Part shown: in pieces, positions 18,159 through 27,564 of the stretch
Position numbering within the stretch: position 1 is the first letter of the stretch
Layout of the letters: each line of letters begins with the position of its first letter
IMG/VR virus record: IMGVR_UViG_3300042901_000476
Coordinates: 1-40,657 of that record
Direction: 5' to 3' (one strand)
Length of the DNA stretch: 40,657 bases
Origin: a virus
Taxonomy: Duplodnaviria; Caudoviricetes
Program-made: the position numbers and the translations under genes
Notes under the pieces: generated by a model
Databases searched by the model: none
Seen by the model: only the letters and a program-made list of their open reading frames with translations
What the model was told of the DNA's origin: nothing

Positions 18159-21100
18159 ATGGAATATTTGGGTAAAAGTCCTAATGGGTTAAATCAACTA
18201 AGTTCATCCTTAGTTGGTTTGTTTGTAAGTGGTAGTAAAATAGTAGAGTTTTCATCAGCATCACTAAATGTTGTTGGTAGTGTTACTGCTTCCGGAATAC
18301 AAGCATACGAAATAGATTCTTTTGGAAACTTACCATTGGAAATAAAATCTAATACTCAAATAACTGGGTCATTGGCAATATCATCTTCAATAAGTTCATC
18401 TTTATTTAGAGGAGATGGTAGTGGATTGTTTAACTTATCAGCTGGAGCTTTAGGAGACCTAAATCAAATTAAATCAGGTTCTGCAATTGCACAAATTTCA
18501 CCTAATAATGGATTGGTAATAAACGTACCAACTTCAATAAGTGGTGGATTAGCAGTAAACGGAAATTCAAATGTAACTGGTTCGATTGTAATAACACAAA
18601 ACCTAAACGTTGGTGGCAGAATTACAGCAACCGAATTACATACAACCTTTATTTCATCATCTGTAATATTTTCATCTGGTTCAAATAAATTTGGTGACAA
18701 CGTTATTGATAGACAAGAAATAACTGGTTCTCTTAATGTAAGTGGTTCTATCTTTGTAGGTGGGGAGACAATACCAACCGATAATACAACAAATGAGGTT
18801 TTGGTATTGAATACTACAACTGGTAGAATTAGTAGAAGATTTGCAGCTGCAACTTCTGGTACATCGGGAACTTCTGGAACGTCTGGTACATCGGGAACTT
18901 CTGGAACAAGTGGTACATCTGGTTCAACTGGTTCATCCGGAACATCTGGTTCATCTGGAACTTCTGGGAGTAGTGGAACGTCTGGAACGTCTGGTACATC
19001 AGGAACATCTGGAACAAGTGGTACATCAGGAACATCTGGAACTTCTGGTACACGTGGTACTTCTGGTACAAGTGGTACATCTGGTAGTAGTGGAACATCC
19101 GGCACATCTGGTACATCAGGAACATCCGGAACAAGAGGTACATCAGGAACTTCTGGAACTTCTGGAACTTCTGGTACATCTGGACAAAGTGGAACTTCTG
19201 GTAGTAGTGGTACTTCGGGAACGTCTGGAACATCTGGTTTAACTGGTAGTAGTGGTACAAGTGGAATAAGTGGAAGTAGTGGTACATCTGGTACATCCGG
19301 AACTTCTGGAAGTAGTGGTACAAGCGGAACAAGTGGTACAAGTGGAATAAGTGGAAGTAGTGGTACAAGCGGAACAAGTGGCACAAGCGGAATAAGTGGA
19401 AGTAGTGGTACAAGCGGTACAAGTGGTACATCTGGTACAAGTGGAATAAGTGGAACAGCAGGAACATCTGGTACAAGCGGAACAAGTGGTACATCTGGTT
19501 CAACTGGTTCTTCTGGAATAACTGGAGCTGGTGGATTAGGTGGTACAAATGGTACGGGAGGAACTTCTGGAACGAGTGGTACATCTGGTACATCCGGAAC
19601 TTCTGGAACATCGGGAACTTCTGGTACAAGTGGTATAGGAGGAGCAAGTGGTTCAAGTGGAACATCTGGAACATCTGGAACTTCTGGTACACGTGGTACT
19701 TCTGGTACAAGTGGTACATCTGGTTCGTCTGGTACAAGCGGAGCTAGTGGAAGTGCTGGTTCATCGGGAACTTCTGGTACATCCGGAACTTCTGGAACAA
19801 GCGGTGTGAGTGGAAGTAGTGGAACAAGCGGTACACGTGGAACTTCTGGAACGAGTGGTACAAGTGGAGCTAGTGGAAGTGCTGGTTCATCTGGTTCATC
19901 TGGTACAAGTGGTACAAGTGGTACAAGTGGTACAAGTGGAACTTCTGGAACAAGCGGTGTGAGTGGAAGTAGTGGAACTTCTGGTACACGTGGTACTTCT
20001 GGTACATCGGGAACTTCTGGAACAAGCGGAGCTAGTGGAAGTGCTGGTTCATCTGGTACAAGTGGTACAAGTGGAACTTCTGGTACAAGTGGTGTAAGTG
20101 GAAGTAGCGGTACAAGTGGAACTTCTGGAACAAGCGGAAGTAGTGGTACAAGCGGAACTAGCGGAACTAGTGGTACTTCTGGAACGTCTGGAAGTAGTGG
20201 TACAAGCGGAAGTAGTGGTACAAGCGGAAGTAGTGGTACATCGGGAACGTCTGGTACATCTGGTACAAGCGGAAGTAGTGGTACAAGCGGAACTAGCGGA
20301 ACTAGTGGTACTTCTGGGACTTCTGGAAGTAGTGGTACATCTGGAACAAGTGGTACTTCTGGAAGTAGTGGAACACGTGGTACTTCTGGAACTTCTGGTA
20401 CATCAGGAACTTCTGGAACAAGTGGTTCATCTGGAACTTCTGGAACTTCTGGAACTTCTGGAACATCAGGAACTTCTGGTACATCTGGAAGTAGTGGTTC
20501 GTCTGGTTCGTCTGGATTATTATCATTAACTGGTACAACAAATAATGGTGTAATCACATTAAACGGAAGTGCACCAAACGCAACCGTTGAAAGTAATTTA
20601 TTGTTTGATGGTAGTACATTGACAGTAAATGGAGCAGCAGTAATTACAGGTAATTTAGTTGTAAATGGTACAACTACTACTGTAAACTCAAATACAATAA
20701 ATTTAGGTGATAATATAATCACATTAAATGGAGATTTTACAGGTTCATCAGCACCAACTGAAAATGCTGGTATAGAAGTTAGGAGAGGTTCATCATCAAC
20801 GGTATCATTCTATTGGGATGAAAGTACTGATAGATGGACAGCAGATAATACTTTATCAGTAAGTGGTAACGTAGTTCTTAGTGGTACAATTGATACTGGA
20901 TTAGGTGCAACTGAAGTTTATTTAATGAATCAAAATGTTCGTACAACCGATTCACCATCATTCAATAGAATAACATCAACTGTAGCAACTGGTACATCAC
21001 CATTCGTAGTATCATCTACAACTTTAGTTAGTAACTTAAACTCTGATTATTTAGGTGGACAGCAAAATTCATCGTTCTTTAGAAATTTAAGTGGAGGAAC

Positions 21101-24100
21101 TGGTACTAGTATTGATACTTATGTTGATAATGGATTTAGAACCTTAAGTTATACAGGATATAGTTCGGGATTATGGTCTACTAATATGGGTGGGTCTACT
21201 GGAACAGTCCAAATGGAGTTTGAATACAATACTCCTGTTAGAGGATTCAAAATAAGAAATAGAACGGATAATACAACTTGGTCATCGGTTGGATGGGTAA
21301 CAATGACTACCGCAAATCAAGGGCATATTGGTGGAACAATTTGGCATAGTGCGAATGATGGAGCTGGTACTGGATTAGATGCGGATTTATGGGATGGTTA
21401 TCAATTTTCTGATTATCTAAACCAAGCAGTTAGAACATCCGATTCCCCATCATTTAATAAAATAAGATTAACTGCTGCTGGTAATAGTTCTGGTGGTAAT
21501 ATCCTAATGGGACCTGCTGGTGAAGGTACTAATAAATTTTCAACTTTAACTGGTACTCACTATAATGCAACATCACAAGCACAAGGAACAACCATTATAG
21601 GAGCATATAATAGTGCAGCCGCAAACCAAATTTATATTGGAGGAAATATATATGAAGCTAACCCAGCAACTCAAATAGATTTTTATACACATAATGCAAT
21701 TACTCATGCTACTGGTGGAAGTTTAAGAATGAATATTAATAGTTCTGGAAATATTACTGCTAACGTAGATTTTAGAGCACCAATATTTTATGATTCGGAT
21801 AATACAGCATATTTTATAGATGGGGCATCCACTTCAAACCTAAATGATTTAAGAATTCAGGGTGATATTAGAATGGAAGGTTCGGACTCATATATTTGGA
21901 TGCCGAACAACAACTCACTTTCAACTGGATTTTATGACCCGGTTAGTGGTTTAGTTCCTATCCAATTAAATGGACCTGCTGATGGTATATTCATTGGTAA
22001 TAACATGTGGCTGAGTTATAATACTGCTAACAACAATAATTACAATGAAAATATTAGATTATACCCAGCTGCAAATGGTGTATCGGTAATTGGATTTAGA
22101 GCAACTGCTGGTAGTACGGGTGGAACACCTACTACTTCTATATTAGGTTACTCTGATAGACATGAAACACGTGTTGGTGATACTTGGGAAACAAGAATAT
22201 ATTCAGGATATGCTGAAGCAAGAGGTTCTTATAGAGCACCACAATTTATTGATAGTAACAACACTGCATTTTATATAGACCCTAATGGATATTCAAATGT
22301 ATCTCAATTAAACGCTGCTGAATTTTTTATTGATGGGTTGAAAGTTTTAAATAGTGTTGGTTCAAATACAGCAACGGGTACTATCAACGCAATTTGGGGT
22401 ATGTTAAAACCAACTGGATACAAATTATATCCGGATGAAGAATTTCAAGATGGTAGTAACTCAATTCAGGTATACAACAATGCAGGTGGTTCAGCTGTAA
22501 CCATAACAAGAAAAAATGGTTCGTTTATTGATGGAACTGCGGCTAATATGCCAAATAGAAGTGGATTTGTATTAGAAATTCAACATGCACCAACCACTTC
22601 AAACGGAACAAGTCCTGGTTATGGTGGTTGGTACTTCGCAGCAGGTACGGGTCCTTCAAGTAGAAGGTTATTATGTGTATTCAAAATGAAGATACCTGTT
22701 GGTAGAAGTGTTGAATGGGCATCTAACTCTATTGGTTCTAATGGTACTGGTGAATGGTTGACATCAAATGCAGGTACGGGTCAATATCAGGATTATGCAT
22801 TCCTTGTTCATTCTGGTACGGCATCATTCTCATCAACTCACTTCTTTTATATTGTAGGTGGTTCAACCGCAACATTCTATACTTACTTAGCATCTGCAAC
22901 TGTTTATGATGGTACTGATATTGATGCTGAAAGAACAAGAACATACGAAGCTACATCAGAAATGAGAGCTGGTGTGGGTATGTACGCACCGATTTATTAC
23001 GATATAGATAATACGGCATATTACTTAAATCCAAATGGTTCTAGTATATTTGGTTCTACCACTCAATATCTTTTAACATTGGCTCATAATATAGCTAATG
23101 GTGATTTTAATGATGCATTGTTTGTACAAAATTTAGCATCCGGTCAAAGAGTTCAAATTGGTATGAGTACTAATGATACCGATGGACAACACCATAGAGC
23201 ATCTTTAAGAGCATATAAAGGAACCGGAACGTATGAAGGTGTATTTGGTATTGCATTGAGACAAGCAGGGAGTGCAAGTCATATACAAAGATTTACATTA
23301 AGTGCTGCTGGTGATGCTAGTGTAGATTCTTCTTTCAGAGCACCTCAAATTTGGGGTGATAGTTTTTATGATAATGATGGTACGTTCTTCTTTAGAACAG
23401 GACAAAGTAGTGGAACTACTAGACACATAAATTTAGCAGATAGTAATTCAGACCCATCATCTGTAGGTTCATCTACTGGTATTAGTTCTGGAGCTAGAAC
23501 CGATGGAAATCTTTATTATATGATGTATGTAAAGGCACCATATAGTAATGGACTTGCTACATATACAAGACTTTCTTTAGGATGGCACACTGGTGTTGAA
23601 ATAGGTGGTAACCCTGCTTATGGTGGTACTAGATTTATGAATGACTCACCTGGTGTTTCTACAACTGAATTAATGGGGGTTGGTGTTGGTGACCAAAACG
23701 TAAGAATAACAAATACATTATTCGTTCCTTATATTGCGGATAGAGATAATACGGCATTTTATTTAAATCCGGCTGATACTGGAACTTCAATTAATATTGC
23801 AGGTTCATTAAGAGCAGCAAATTACAATAGACCGGCAATTCTTTCAGTATCAAGTGGTACTGGTTCATCTGGAGGTTCTTTGGCAATACAACAGGAAACA
23901 GCAGAAGGTTGGACTGGTATATTTGTTGATTATGAGCCATATACTGGATGGGGATTGTGGCATGATAATCCAAACAATATGTTTGCATTTACATCCGAAG
24001 GTTCAACTGGACAAATTCGTTCATTTACTGTACCTTCAAGAGTAAGTGGTAATAGAACGGCTTATGAGAAATTTAGAGTTGACCAAAATAATGGTGACGT

Positions 24101-26978
24101 AATTGTTGGTAGAGATGGATACGCGCAAGCATCATTTAGAGCACCAATATTTTATGATAATGATAACACTGCTTATTTTATAAATGCAGCAGAACGTAGT
24201 CTATTGAATAGAATAGAAGTTTCTAGAAATGGTGCATACGGTGGATATGTAGAAGCTGATTTAATAGTTGGACATGGTGGTAATGATAGACGAGGCTTTG
24301 GACAAGCTGGTGGTTCTAATATTATGTTACGTTCATCGGCTAAATCATCAATTACTGCATTAGATGAAAATCAAAACTTAGGACAAATTTCTTATGAAAA
24401 CTTAGCTTGGACTATTGGTGAAAACGTTGGATGGGGTACGCAAAGAGTTGAATTTCCTGGAGATGTTAGAGCACCAATATTTTATGATTTAAATGATACT
24501 GGATATTATGTAGACCCTGCTGGCGGAAATGCTAGAATTGGACGTGATTTGTACGTTTCTGGTTATGCTGGTGGTGTTGTTGGTAATAGGATTATTGTAG
24601 GAGATACATCAACACCTTATTCGTTGTTGGATGGTAACGTAAGACCTATGGTTTACATTAGAGGTAATTATCCTGTATTAACATTAGACCATACGGTAAC
24701 ATCAAATACAAATCACGGACCTACAATTCAATTCGTTCATAATGGATTAAATAATAGACAATGGGTGTTTGGTTCTACTGGTGATGGTATTTCATTAGAT
24801 ATAGGATTTTCAAATGGTTCTCAAGGAAATAGTAACTGGAATCCACATAATGGTATTGCTGGTTATCTTGGTACAACCTTTATGAGATTCCGTGAAAATG
24901 GAAACATTGGTTTAGGTTCACAAGGCGATTGGGGTGCTATTGGTGGTGGTGAACCTGGATATGCAATAGACACTAGAGGACACTTCTATAATAATAGTAG
25001 AGTAGATGCACCAATATTCTATGATGCAAATGATACTGGTAGATATGTTGACCCGAATGGTGAAAGTAGATTAAATGGTAGTAGAATTTACCCAACATTG
25101 GCAACGGGAAGGGGTTCATACTCCCAACCATTAGCAAACTTAATTTTACACCCAACATCAGCAAGTCCGTCTGGATATGCAAATATTGAATTCTTTTCAG
25201 ATTATAATACACCTTCAGATGGTGCAGCAATCACTTACTTTACTGGTATTGATGGTGGTGAAGCATCTCAATTAAGAATTCGTTTAAATAATGACTTTAA
25301 CGATGGTATTGCATTATGGGGTGGATATATTGATTTTAATTGTCAAACTGTAGATGGGCCTAGTCAAGGATATAGAAATAACATATTCTCATTCCAAAGA
25401 GTAGGTACTGAAATTGCATTCATTAATAGTAATGGTGTAATGCAAGCAAATGGTGATATGAGAGCACCAATATTTTATGACTCTAATGATACTTCATATT
25501 ATGTAAACCCTAATGGATTTAGTAATTTTGCTCAATCAAATGGACAAGTTGTAACTATTACAAAAACAGGTTCAGCACCGGGAAACAATAGTACTATGTT
25601 GGTAACAAATAGTTATGGTAACCACTCTTGGGGTATAACTGGTGAATTCCGTATTGAAGCAAATGGTGGAGCTGATAGACCTTCTATTTTATTCTCTAAC
25701 GGATTTGATAGTCAAACATGGAGTTGTGGATACGGATATAATGATTCTGGATTTTTTAGAATTAATCACGACCACGGACATAGAAATGGTTCTTGGGGTA
25801 CTACTGATTTCTACATTGATAGAGGTGGTAACTCATACTCAAATGGTAGTTCTAGAGCACCAATATTCTATGACCAAAACGATACAGGTAGATACACCGA
25901 CCCAACAGGTCAATCATTTATAAGAAATTTATGTGTTGGTGATAACAACTATAATCATGGATATCCGGGTGTACTTCAAATAGGTAGTACATCATATAAC
26001 TATAACTTCCAAAATGGTAGTTGGGCTGGTAGTATTACAACTGGTATATTAGCAAACTGTGCAGATGAATGGGAATTTTCAATACATGATAGTGGAACTT
26101 CAGTTGAATCAGTATTCATATATTCTGGTGGAAGATTATTAATGGGAAGAAATATAGGTTGGGGTACGACTTATATAGAAGCAGCTGAATCGTTTAGAGC
26201 ACCAATATTCTACGATTCTAATGATACCGGTACTTATATAGACCCTACTGGTACATCTCGAATAGGAGCTATACAAATTTCACCAAGATCTTCCACATCA
26301 AATGAAATTCGTTTCTATGGAGTTGTTGGTGATAACCCCGGCTCATATAACCACGGAGCTATAATAGAAAGAATTTGGAGAAATGGGGATGAATCAGAAT
26401 TATTGATATTCAAAGGTAATGACCCTGATGTATCAACTATACATGACCGTTTAAGACTTGCGGCTTGTGGTAGAGTTGTATTCCATTCATATAATACCTA
26501 TGGTAATGTTGATGATTATATGTCAGCATCTGGTACTGGTAACATCAATGGTTCTGGATTCTTTAATGGCAATGACCTTTATGTAACCGGTAACGTAACT
26601 GCATATTATTCAGATGAAAGATTAAAAGATGTTATTGGTCCAATTCCAAACGCACTTTCTAAAATAATGAGTTTACGAGGTTTCTATTATACAAATAATG
26701 AAACTGCAAAAAAATGGGGTTATACCGATGATAGTATTCAATTGGGTCTATCGGCACAAGAAGTTCAAAAGGTATGTCCGGAATTAGTTCAACCAGCACC
26801 ATTTGATATAGAAGCTGATGGAACATCAATATCTGGCGAACATTATTTAACTGTTAAGTATGATAGATTGATACCTGTATTAGTAGAAGCAATTAAAGAA
26901 CAACAAACCGAAATGGATGAAATGAAATCCGAAATAGCTGAACTTAAGAAACAATTGATGGAATTATTAAAAAAATAA
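18159..26978 (+). CDS. Long tail fibre (2939 aa) with Gly-X-X region, RAPIFYD-delimited modules and C-terminal peptidase S74 intramolecular chaperone
   Basis: C-terminal YYSDERLK...NALSKIMSLRG..Y...GLSAQEVQKVCPELV...LTVKYDRLIPVLVEAIKEQ plus coiled coil is the S74 signature. The predicted autocleavage Ser codon is at 26610. Confidence 0.85.
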   Translation: MEYLGKSPNGLNQLSSSLVGLFVSGSKIVEFSSASLNVVGSVTASGIQAYEIDSFGNLPLEIKSNTQITGSLAISSSISSSLFRGDGSGLFNLSAGALGDLNQIKSGSAIAQISPNNGLVINVPTSISGGLAVNGNSNVTGSIVITQNLNVGGRITATELHTTFISSSVIFSSGSNKFGDNVIDRQEITGSLNVSGSIFVGGETIPTDNTTNEVLVLNTTTGRISRRFAAATSGTSGTSGTSGTSGTSGTSGTSGSTGSSGTSGSSGTSGSSGTSGTSGTSGTSGTSGTSGTSGTSGTRGTSGTSGTSGSSGTSGTSGTSGTSGTRGTSGTSGTSGTSGTSGQSGTSGSSGTSGTSGTSGLTGSSGTSGISGSSGTSGTSGTSGSSGTSGTSGTSGISGSSGTSGTSGTSGISGSSGTSGTSGTSGTSGISGTAGTSGTSGTSGTSGSTGSSGITGAGGLGGTNGTGGTSGTSGTSGTSGTSGTSGTSGTSGIGGASGSSGTSGTSGTSGTRGTSGTSGTSGSSGTSGASGSAGSSGTSGTSGTSGTSGVSGSSGTSGTRGTSGTSGTSGASGSAGSSGSSGTSGTSGTSGTSGTSGTSGVSGSSGTSGTRGTSGTSGTSGTSGASGSAGSSGTSGTSGTSGTSGVSGSSGTSGTSGTSGSSGTSGTSGTSGTSGTSGSSGTSGSSGTSGSSGTSGTSGTSGTSGSSGTSGTSGTSGTSGTSGSSGTSGTSGTSGSSGTRGTSGTSGTSGTSGTSGSSGTSGTSGTSGTSGTSGTSGSSGSSGSSGLLSLTGTTNNGVITLNGSAPNATVESNLLFDGSTLTVNGAAVITGNLVVNGTTTTVNSNTINLGDNIITLNGDFTGSSAPTENAGIEVRRGSSSTVSFYWDESTDRWTADNTLSVSGNVVLSGTIDTGLGATEVYLMNQNVRTTDSPSFNRITSTVATGTSPFVVSSTTLVSNLNSDYLGGQQNSSFFRNLSGGTGTSIDTYVDNGFRTLSYTGYSSGLWSTNMGGSTGTVQMEFEYNTPVRGFKIRNRTDNTTWSSVGWVTMTTANQGHIGGTIWHSANDGAGTGLDADLWDGYQFSDYLNQAVRTSDSPSFNKIRLTAAGNSSGGNILMGPAGEGTNKFSTLTGTHYNATSQAQGTTIIGAYNSAAANQIYIGGNIYEANPATQIDFYTHNAITHATGGSLRMNINSSGNITANVDFRAPIFYDSDNTAYFIDGASTSNLNDLRIQGDIRMEGSDSYIWMPNNNSLSTGFYDPVSGLVPIQLNGPADGIFIGNNMWLSYNTANNNNYNENIRLYPAANGVSVIGFRATAGSTGGTPTTSILGYSDRHETRVGDTWETRIYSGYAEARGSYRAPQFIDSNNTAFYIDPNGYSNVSQLNAAEFFIDGLKVLNSVGSNTATGTINAIWGMLKPTGYKLYPDEEFQDGSNSIQVYNNAGGSAVTITRKNGSFIDGTAANMPNRSGFVLEIQHAPTTSNGTSPGYGGWYFAAGTGPSSRRLLCVFKMKIPVGRSVEWASNSIGSNGTGEWLTSNAGTGQYQDYAFLVHSGTASFSSTHFFYIVGGSTATFYTYLASATVYDGTDIDAERTRTYEATSEMRAGVGMYAPIYYDIDNTAYYLNPNGSSIFGSTTQYLLTLAHNIANGDFNDALFVQNLASGQRVQIGMSTNDTDGQHHRASLRAYKGTGTYEGVFGIALRQAGSASHIQRFTLSAAGDASVDSSFRAPQIWGDSFYDNDGTFFFRTGQSSGTTRHINLADSNSDPSSVGSSTGISSGARTDGNLYYMMYVKAPYSNGLATYTRLSLGWHTGVEIGGNPAYGGTRFMNDSPGVSTTELMGVGVGDQNVRITNTLFVPYIADRDNTAFYLNPADTGTSINIAGSLRAANYNRPAILSVSSGTGSSGGSLAIQQETAEGWTGIFVDYEPYTGWGLWHDNPNNMFAFTSEGSTGQIRSFTVPSRVSGNRTAYEKFRVDQNNGDVIVGRDGYAQASFRAPIFYDNDNTAYFINAAERSLLNRIEVSRNGAYGGYVEADLIVGHGGNDRRGFGQAGGSNIMLRSSAKSSITALDENQNLGQISYENLAWTIGENVGWGTQRVEFPGDVRAPIFYDLNDTGYYVDPAGGNARIGRDLYVSGYAGGVVGNRIIVGDTSTPYSLLDGNVRPMVYIRGNYPVLTLDHTVTSNTNHGPTIQFVHNGLNNRQWVFGSTGDGISLDIGFSNGSQGNSNWNPHNGIAGYLGTTFMRFRENGNIGLGSQGDWGAIGGGEPGYAIDTRGHFYNNSRVDAPIFYDANDTGRYVDPNGESRLNGSRIYPTLATGRGSYSQPLANLILHPTSASPSGYANIEFFSDYNTPSDGAAITYFTGIDGGEASQLRIRLNNDFNDGIALWGGYIDFNCQTVDGPSQGYRNNIFSFQRVGTEIAFINSNGVMQANGDMRAPIFYDSNDTSYYVNPNGFSNFAQSNGQVVTITKTGSAPGNNSTMLVTNSYGNHSWGITGEFRIEANGGADRPSILFSNGFDSQTWSCGYGYNDSGFFRINHDHGHRNGSWGTTDFYIDRGGNSYSNGSSRAPIFYDQNDTGRYTDPTGQSFIRNLCVGDNNYNHGYPGVLQIGSTSYNYNFQNGSWAGSITTGILANCADEWEFSIHDSGTSVESVFIYSGGRLLMGRNIGWGTTYIEAAESFRAPIFYDSNDTGTYIDPTGTSRIGAIQISPRSSTSNEIRFYGVVGDNPGSYNHGAIIERIWRNGDESELLIFKGNDPDVSTIHDRLRLAACGRVVFHSYNTYGNVDDYMSASGTGNINGSGFFNGNDLYVTGNVTAYYSDERLKDVIGPIPNALSKIMSLRGFYYTNNETAKKWGYTDDSIQLGLSAQEVQKVCPELVQPAPFDIEADGTSISGEHYLTVKYDRLIPVLVEAIKEQQTEMDEMKSEIAELKKQLMELLKK
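18852..20516 (+). repeat. Gly-X-X (SGT)n region, about 555 codons
   Basis: Continuous Gly-every-third periodicity in the translation. Confidence 0.95.
21770..26250 (+). repeat. About 11 dispersed RAPIFYDxx(N/D)TxxYxxP motifs
   Basis: Exact 20-mer AGAGCACCAATATTTTATGA at 21774, 24138, 24468 and 25461; variants at about 25008, 25854 and 26196; further degenerate copies at protein level. Confidence 0.9.
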
Positions 26979-26986
26979 AATAAAGT

Positions 26987-27006
26987 ATATTTATAGAATA
27001 TAAACA
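26987..27006 (+). promoter_or_regulatory. Putative late promoter; 20-bp element identical to 31585-31604
   Basis: ATATTTATAGAATATAAACA occurs at both sites, each just upstream of a small gene. Confidence 0.65.
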
Positions 27007-27020
27007 TAAAATAAATTATT

Positions 27021-27422
27021 ATGGCATTAACATACGAATGGAAATTAATAGGACTTAAAAAACAAAACACAGAAGAACTTTCTGATGTTATTGTTGGTAC
27101 TCAATGGACATTAACAGGTACCGATACCGATGGTAATACTGGTACATTTAACGGAGCAACTCCATTTACAATTCAAGACCTAAATGGTGATGGTTTTATA
27201 GACTATCGTGATTTAACAGAAGAATTAGTATTAGACTGGGTTAAAAATATTGTAAGTGGTTCAACTTCATCAAATTATATGAATCACATCAATCAACAAA
27301 TACAAAAGCAAATAGATGATGTCAAATTTGCAACAATAACTGTTAGTAGTTCGGATTTACCTTGGTCTCCAACATCTGGTAGTTCTGCTCAACCAACTGT
27401 GGCAGATACTCCACCTGTTTAA
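27021..27422 (+). CDS. Hypothetical fibre-associated phage protein
   Basis: MALTYEWKL...FIDYRDLTEELVLDWVK...LPW pattern, recalled from small genes next to phage fibre genes. Clean ORF with its own promoter motif. Confidence 0.6.
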   Translation: MALTYEWKLIGLKKQNTEELSDVIVGTQWTLTGTDTDGNTGTFNGATPFTIQDLNGDGFIDYRDLTEELVLDWVKNIVSGSTSSNYMNHINQQIQKQIDDVKFATITVSSSDLPWSPTSGSSAQPTVADTPPV

Positions 27423-27448
27423 TAAAAAATATAAAAATTTTTATTGTT

Positions 27449-27501
27449 AAATATCCAAAGTGCAGATTTATAAACAAATTTGTGTTTTGGATATTTTCTT
27501 T
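27449..27501 (+). terminator. Long stem-loop (21 bp including 4 G-U pairs) followed by a T-rich tract; terminator or processing site
   Basis: AAATATCCAAAGTGCAGATTT-ATAAAC-AAATTTGTGTTTTGGATATTT followed by TCTTT. Confidence 0.6.
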
Positions 27502-27510
27502 ATATTTATA
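27502..27510 (+). promoter_or_regulatory. ATATTTATA putative late promoter for the sheath gene
   Basis: Motif lies immediately after the hairpin, 54 nt upstream of ATG 27565. Confidence 0.55.
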
Positions 27511-27564
27511 TCTGTATTTCACAACTAGCAAATACAAACCTAAAATACAAATTGAAGAAATAAA

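Noticed and set aside
12215-20516. Bacterial ice-nucleation protein (InaZ-type) call for the Ser/Gly/Thr repeats
   Set aside because: The periodicity is 3, not the 8/16/48-residue AGYGSTxTA pattern of InaZ.
16123-26978. Diversity-generating retroelement or invertase-based fibre switching
   Set aside because: I saw no reverse transcriptase, recombinase, adenine-specific template/variable repeat pair or inverted cassette.
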